64,000 nucleotides of DNA, from assembly GCA_044892525.1 (NCBI GenBank), contig CM097885.1:13394001-13458000 (forward strand), in the 5' to 3' direction. Within the stretch, counting starts at the first letter, position 1, and every line of letters begins with the position of its first letter. Below the pieces are notes generated by a model. The model ran no database searches. It saw only the letters and a list, made by a program, of their open reading frames with translations, and was not told where the DNA came from. This document shows, in pieces, positions 58,778 through 64,000 of this stretch. The translations under genes were made by a program, and so were the position numbers. The stretch is from Schmidtea polychroa (taxonomy: Eukaryota).

Positions 58778-59296
58778 ATGGATAAACTGAGGAAAAGTGC
58801 AACATTTTTGGGAAAAATAAATGACATTCCTATGGAATATTCTGAGATTGAAGACAATGACCTGTATGATAGTGAAGGTAAACTACTGAATGGTCGAAGT
58901 GGACCATATGGTAAATATAATATACCTTTTGAGACCATAAATAGTAGTAGTTTTATCGATGAAGAGGTTACTGGCGAGTCTACTGATACAGAAAATAATA
59001 GTAATTATGAAAATATTTTGAATATTCATAAAAGAAATATACAACTCTCAAGCTCTGAGGACGAAAATGATGAAGATAAACAAGAGGATCATAAGGAAAT
59101 TGCAACAGATGGTACAATTTGTGAAAAATTACAAGCTGGTTCTAGTATTAGAAGAAAACCAATTCAATCTATTTTCAAAGATGTATCCAATCCTACAGAA
59201 AATGCAAAAAGAAATATTATGAAAGGTGTAGTTAGCACCGCATTTTCACTGATAATAAAGAACTCAATTATAGAATATATAAGTACTTGTACATAA
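58778..59296 (+). pseudogene. piggyBac-like transposase N-terminal remnant
   Basis: Acidic N-terminus then STAFSLII...IIEYISTCT, resembling the start of the PGBD core; truncated. Confidence 0.55.
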
Positions 59297-61130
59297 GAAG
59301 AAGCCTCACGAATCTAAGGAGATTAATCAGAATAAATAAAATGTTTATGATATTCTGGCCTTTCGTCAAATATTCTAAATACTGACTTGTTTTAATTAAT
59401 TTTCTTTAAATTTACTACTGATTAATTTTATATTTTGTATTTGAACGAAAGATGAAACATACATATGCAAATACACTAAAGAGTAATAAGTAAGAGTTTA
59501 AATGTCAAAAATGAAAGCTTTAATAATATAAAAAACTAACAAATAATAAATGTGAATGTTCCATTAAAAAATTACAATAAATAAGGTCCTTTAACAATAA
59601 GTAAGAACTTCATTTTAAATATAAAATGGAATTACTAGCGTTTTCGAAGAACATTTTTTTGTTTCCACATCACCGATTATTTCATAAAAACAAATATGTA
59701 AATTTTTTATTTATTTTGTTTTTTTATGTGTCAAAAATTGCTGATTTCTACTGAAAGAAATTATTGCATAAAAATTTGAAAAATCAAAAACACATTTAGA
59801 AAATCATCAACAACAAGATTGCTTAATTTCTCAAATAAATATTTTACCTTTATGGTGATTAAATCCGTCAGTTCTAAGATATTTTTAAAAATTATTAAAT
59901 CAAAAGCATGAAAATTAATTACTAAACAATTTAAAAATTGCCAAATAAATTTATCATTACACTAAAAAATTAACTTAAATAAGAAAATCCTGTCTATTAG
60001 TGCAATTGATAGGCCCTTATTTAATGTCATCTTGACTCTTGCTAATTGCGATGTGTAATGATTGAACACTAAATGGATTATTTTTGAATTTTATAAGCTA
60101 CGTTGTCACTGTTATTCTTTCGTTTAAAATTATATAGAAAGATGGAACTCATGGCAAATAAAAGAAAAAATATGCAACTCGTCGATATCATATATTAAGT
60201 TTTAATTAAATTGCAAATATTGTATTTTCTTAATTTTGTTCAGTTATGATTTTTTTGCAATACAACCCCGCTTTCTTGGGAAAAGGTCAGCCATATAAAT
60301 CGAATCTTTACGATAAAGATGAAAGCGAAATCCATTAAGAAGCGTTTATTAAAACAAATTAGGAATTTTATCGCTTTCTCCAAACCAATTGTATTATAAT
60401 TAATCTTTCAAGTCAAACTCTAATGGACTTTCACAGTGTTTGTCCTGATAAAGTCATATACCAAACCCAGATTTTGCCTCCAATATCCCGTCATAGTAAT
60501 TAAAATATTTTGATATTATTTTCATTTTAAAGCTCATTTTCATGGTTGATTTATTGGCAAGAAAAATATGGAAATAAAAATCTAATAACAGGGAAATTTA
60601 ATTTATTTTTTCAAAAGAAATAATCTCAAATAAAATTTTACGGGGCTAATTAAGGAAATATTTGAATTGGAAATCTCATGCATTATTGCCAAAGAAATTT
60701 GTCATGTCCATTTGAAACTGAGAGCGTTTGGTGTTTTAATATAATGCTTAGACTTGTGGTTCACTGAAAAGCATTTTCTAACAGCCATAAATATTAATAT
60801 ATGAAAAAATAAATTCTCTTAATAAGTGTAGTCCTTCTGACTTTCAAATTAATAAATATATATCAATTTAATAATTAAATTTAAAATACATTATTAAATT
60901 AATTAAATTAAAATGATTGTTTAAATATTCAAAAATAATATTCATGCTTCTTTCGAACATCGCCACCGTTATTCAAAAATGTATTCAAAACAAAGGGATT
61001 CTTTCAATTTACTGGAAGTCTGTTTTCCCCGAAAATACGTCATTCCAAACAATCAATATTGCAACATTTGGAACTTCAAATTGTCAAACAGGTCGCTATC
61101 TCGTTTCTATATTGGATTAGTTATGGCAAC

Positions 61131-61405
61131 AGTAGTGTGTTTATATCCCTAACCAAAACAGCCCTCCCAACAAATCATGCCTCCATTTCACTTAAACCAT
61201 TAGAAAAACAACCTAAAACTTATACTTTTATAGTATTTTAACCTTATATTTTTGAAAACAACCACCCTTAATGACTCTAACTGTTTTAATCTTTAAAGCC
61301 TCAAACTCAAAAGCTTCAAACTAAAAACATAAAGAGAATAGAAAAGAAAATGGTATAATGAAAAAGTTAGAGGGCTATTTTGGTTAGGGATATAAACACA
61401 CTACT
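61131..61405. mobile_element. 275-bp miniature element with Maverick-type AGTAGT termini
   Basis: AGTAGTGTGTTTATATCCCTAACCAAAACAGCCCTC / GAGGGCTATTTTTGGTTAGGGATATAAACACACTACT; no TSD. Confidence 0.7.
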
Positions 61406-62032
61406 TGAGGCACTGTTTTGATCGTAATCAAACTCTAGAGTTGATCTTTATCAGATTATTGATTTTAAATTATATAAAACTTAAAAAATTGAAAAAGAAT
61501 AAAAAATTTTATGAAATAGTAAAACTGCTCTGAGAGGACAGTGGTATTTTTTTTTTCACTGTCCTCTCAACAGTTTTTTTGATCCGGATCATTTTTTTAT
61601 TCAACCTCTTTCGTTTATCAAATCTCTTCCAATATACAAGCTGGCCAGACTCATACATCAGAATCAATTCGATAATAGCAGCACACCTTATTATTCGCTT
61701 CTCGCTCGAATACGATTTCATCGGCGTTTTAAGCGTGCTGCTAGAAAGTACAAATGAATTCGAAAGTGAATCCGAAAGAGGTCCGAAAACTGAGAAAGGG
61801 ATCGATCCGGGGTGTGTTCGAAAGACTGGTGGCGATAATTACCGGTTCGCCACCACACCCGTTTCAATATTTTTTTTCATATTTATGTTTAAAAAATAAA
61901 ATAAAATAAAATAAATAAAATAAAATAAATAAAATAAAAATAAATAAAATAAAATATAAATTTAAGATACCCACACCATTTTCAATATTATTTTCAAATT
62001 TTTAATATTATTTTATGTTGAAAAAAAACTAA

Positions 62033-62100
62033 CCTTAGATGTGATTTGAACCACTAGCATTTGAACCACTGTGCCAGTCTAGCCCACTGCGCTATCGGGC
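62033..62100 (-). other. tRNA-derived (SINE-head-like) sequence
   Basis: Minus strand GCCCGATAGCGCAGTGG (A box) ... GGTTCAAATC (B box, duplicated); no full cloverleaf. Confidence 0.45.
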
Positions 62101-62154
62101 TTTGGATTTTATTTATAAAATTCTAAAAATTAGACTGTCACATTATGAAAATGA

Positions 62155-64000
62155 ATAATATATAAAATTAAAACTGGATTAATTTCTCACTTAAAATCGA
62201 AAGCTCATTTATTAAAAGAAAATAATCTTAATGATACAAATTCAAAACTTTGTCCTAAATGTAAAGGAAGATTTCTACATTCTGGATATAATAAACATTT
62301 TGAAAATTGTATTGGGAAAAATAGAGAAATATTTACATGTCCTCATTGTAACTTTTCAACAAAACTAAATTTCTATTATTTAGAACATATAAAAGAATGT
62401 AAAAATAAAAAACAAAATTCTGACGATGAGGAATGTCATTCAGAAGGAGAACCTGATCATTTTGAAAGAGAAAAATATAACTGGGATAATTTTAATCATA
62501 TAGATGAATTTCAATTAAAAATTAATGGACCTGCAACTCCTGGAGAATATATAAATAAAAATAAAAAAAATATTAAAAATTCTTTCACTGAAGCTTTAAA
62601 AAATTATAAACCGACAAGGTATAATGTTATAAAATATAAAATTATAATCAAAGCAAAATACTGGCGAGGAGCAGAAGAAAAGACAACACCCTTAGATGTT
62701 GAAATTGGAATACCTTTTAAATATTTATTTTCAACTAAAGGATTTGATAAAACCATCAAAGAAATAATTAAAGCAGCAGAAGCAAAACAAGAGGAAGTAG
62801 AAAATGAATTAGGAGATTCAAACTTAGTATTCAACTCTTTCCAAACTTTAGTGATTGATTATTGGAGAGGATTACCACCCAATCCTAAATCTTATATTCC
62901 TACACACTTTAAATCTAAAAATGTTATAAACATACAGAATAATGATAACAAATGTTTCATCTGGTCAATACTTGCACATTTACATCCTCAAGAATCAAAC
63001 CCTCAAAGAGTTTCAAAATACAAACAATATGAAAATGAATTAATATTTCCCAAAGGATTCAAACACCCAATGAAACTAGAAGACATTCCAGAATTTGAAA
63101 AATTAAATAATCTTAAAATTAATATTTATGAACGGGTTAAAGGGAAAAATATTAAAAGTAGAGAAATTATTCCAATTTACATTTCTGATAGTGGAATCGA
63201 TAACCCTAGAGAAATATATCTTTTAATCTTGGAACAACAAAATAATCAACATTATATTTTAATAAAAAACTTTCAAGCTTTTACATCACCAGAGAATCCA
63301 ACTAGTGGAGGAGGAACATGTAAAAGATGTCTTCATTATTCAACAACTAAAAACTCTATGATTAAACATACAAGATTTTGTGAAAAAGATGAACCAGCTT
63401 TAATTAACATGCCTAAAGATCCCAAGATGAATTTTAAAAACTTTTCAAATTTACTACAAACAGTAGGAGTGGTTTATGGAGACTTTGAATCTATAAATCG
63501 TAAACAAGATTTGGTTAACCAATATTTAAAAATAATAGAAAAAAATAAACTCATGGATTCATGGAACTCCTCAGGAGAGAAAATGAAACCAGAGAGGATG
63601 AAAGTCTTTCTAAGAAAAAGAAACAAACCTAATAGTGTTAAAAAAACTAAACAATTACCATCTGCTTATAAATTATTATTTAAAAGTAATTATCCTGAAC
63701 TCATAGAATCTAGAGAATATACATTTCAAGGAATTTCAGAAACAGAAGTCTTGAATCATTTTACTAAAAGTATAAATGATCTAGAACATGAAATATTTAA
63801 AGTATTAAAAACAAAATATGAAATAAACCTTTCAACCGAACAATGGGAAGAATATGAAAATTCTTCAAATTGTTGGATGTGTAAACAACCATTTGAAGAT
63901 TCTTCAGATACAGAGTCTTTAAATATAGAATCTTTGAATAATGAATCTCCGAATAATGAAACTTTTGAAGAAGAAGAACAAAGAATGTTTCATGAAAGAA
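62155..64000 (+). CDS. Maverick/Polinton (adintovirus-like) protein-primed DNA polymerase B, N-terminal part; runs off the window
   Basis: About 615 stop-free codons: N-terminal zinc fingers, SYIP...VINIQNNDNKCFIWSILAHLHP, IPEFEKLNNLKINIY, HYILIKNF, CKRC...H...C, ExoI VYGDFES, then CWMCKQPF. First in-frame ATG only at 63070. Confidence 0.88.
   Translation, partial: MIYKIKTGLISHLKSKAHLLKENNLNDTNSKLCPKCKGRFLHSGYNKHFENCIGKNREIFTCPHCNFSTKLNFYYLEHIKECKNKKQNSDDEECHSEGEPDHFEREKYNWDNFNHIDEFQLKINGPATPGEYINKNKKNIKNSFTEALKNYKPTRYNVIKYKIIIKAKYWRGAEEKTTPLDVEIGIPFKYLFSTKGFDKTIKEIIKAAEAKQEEVENELGDSNLVFNSFQTLVIDYWRGLPPNPKSYIPTHFKSKNVINIQNNDNKCFIWSILAHLHPQESNPQRVSKYKQYENELIFPKGFKHPMKLEDIPEFEKLNNLKINIYERVKGKNIKSREIIPIYISDSGIDNPREIYLLILEQQNNQHYILIKNFQAFTSPENPTSGGGTCKRCLHYSTTKNSMIKHTRFCEKDEPALINMPKDPKMNFKNFSNLLQTVGVVYGDFESINRKQDLVNQYLKIIEKNKLMDSWNSSGEKMKPERMKVFLRKRNKPNSVKKTKQLPSAYKLLFKSNYPELIESREYTFQGISETEVLNHFTKSINDLEHEIFKVLKTKYEINLSTEQWEEYENSSNCWMCKQPFEDSSDTESLNIESLNNESPNNETFEEEEQRMFHER

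Noticed and set aside
62604..62834. Minus-strand 76-aa ORF
   Set aside because: Antisense shadow of the pPolB frame.

Overview
Very AT-rich, transposon-dense animal (metazoan-like) genomic DNA; the species cannot be named from the sequence. Host genes are the last exon(s) of a probable VAMP/synaptobrevin R-SNARE (about 162-370, +) and five coding exons of a synaptotagmin-1-like gene (26260-56594, +; luminal N-terminus, TM, linker and a complete C2A; C2B is not in the window). The dominant structure is a 14,026-bp element (5385-19410). It has Maverick/Polinton-type AGTAGT termini and a perfect 6-bp target-site duplication (AACATA), is almost entirely one palindrome (two ~6.65-kb arms around a 704-bp spacer), and has no recognisable Maverick genes. 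It sits inside a hAT transposon, which itself splits a Gypsy reverse transcriptase. Other Maverick material in the window: a 275-bp AGTAGT-ended mini element, a decayed protease, and a stop-free protein-primed DNA polymerase B frame running off the right edge (missing from the ORF track). Several hammerhead ribozymes are present: Penelope-associated ones, and a dispersed ~140-bp repeat joining the U1 snRNA 5' sequence, a GAAA hairpin and a hammerhead. Two synaptotagmin introns are bracketed by complementary repeats. Most ORF-track entries are microsatellite or antisense artefacts. All calls are by eye; no searches or folding programs were run.
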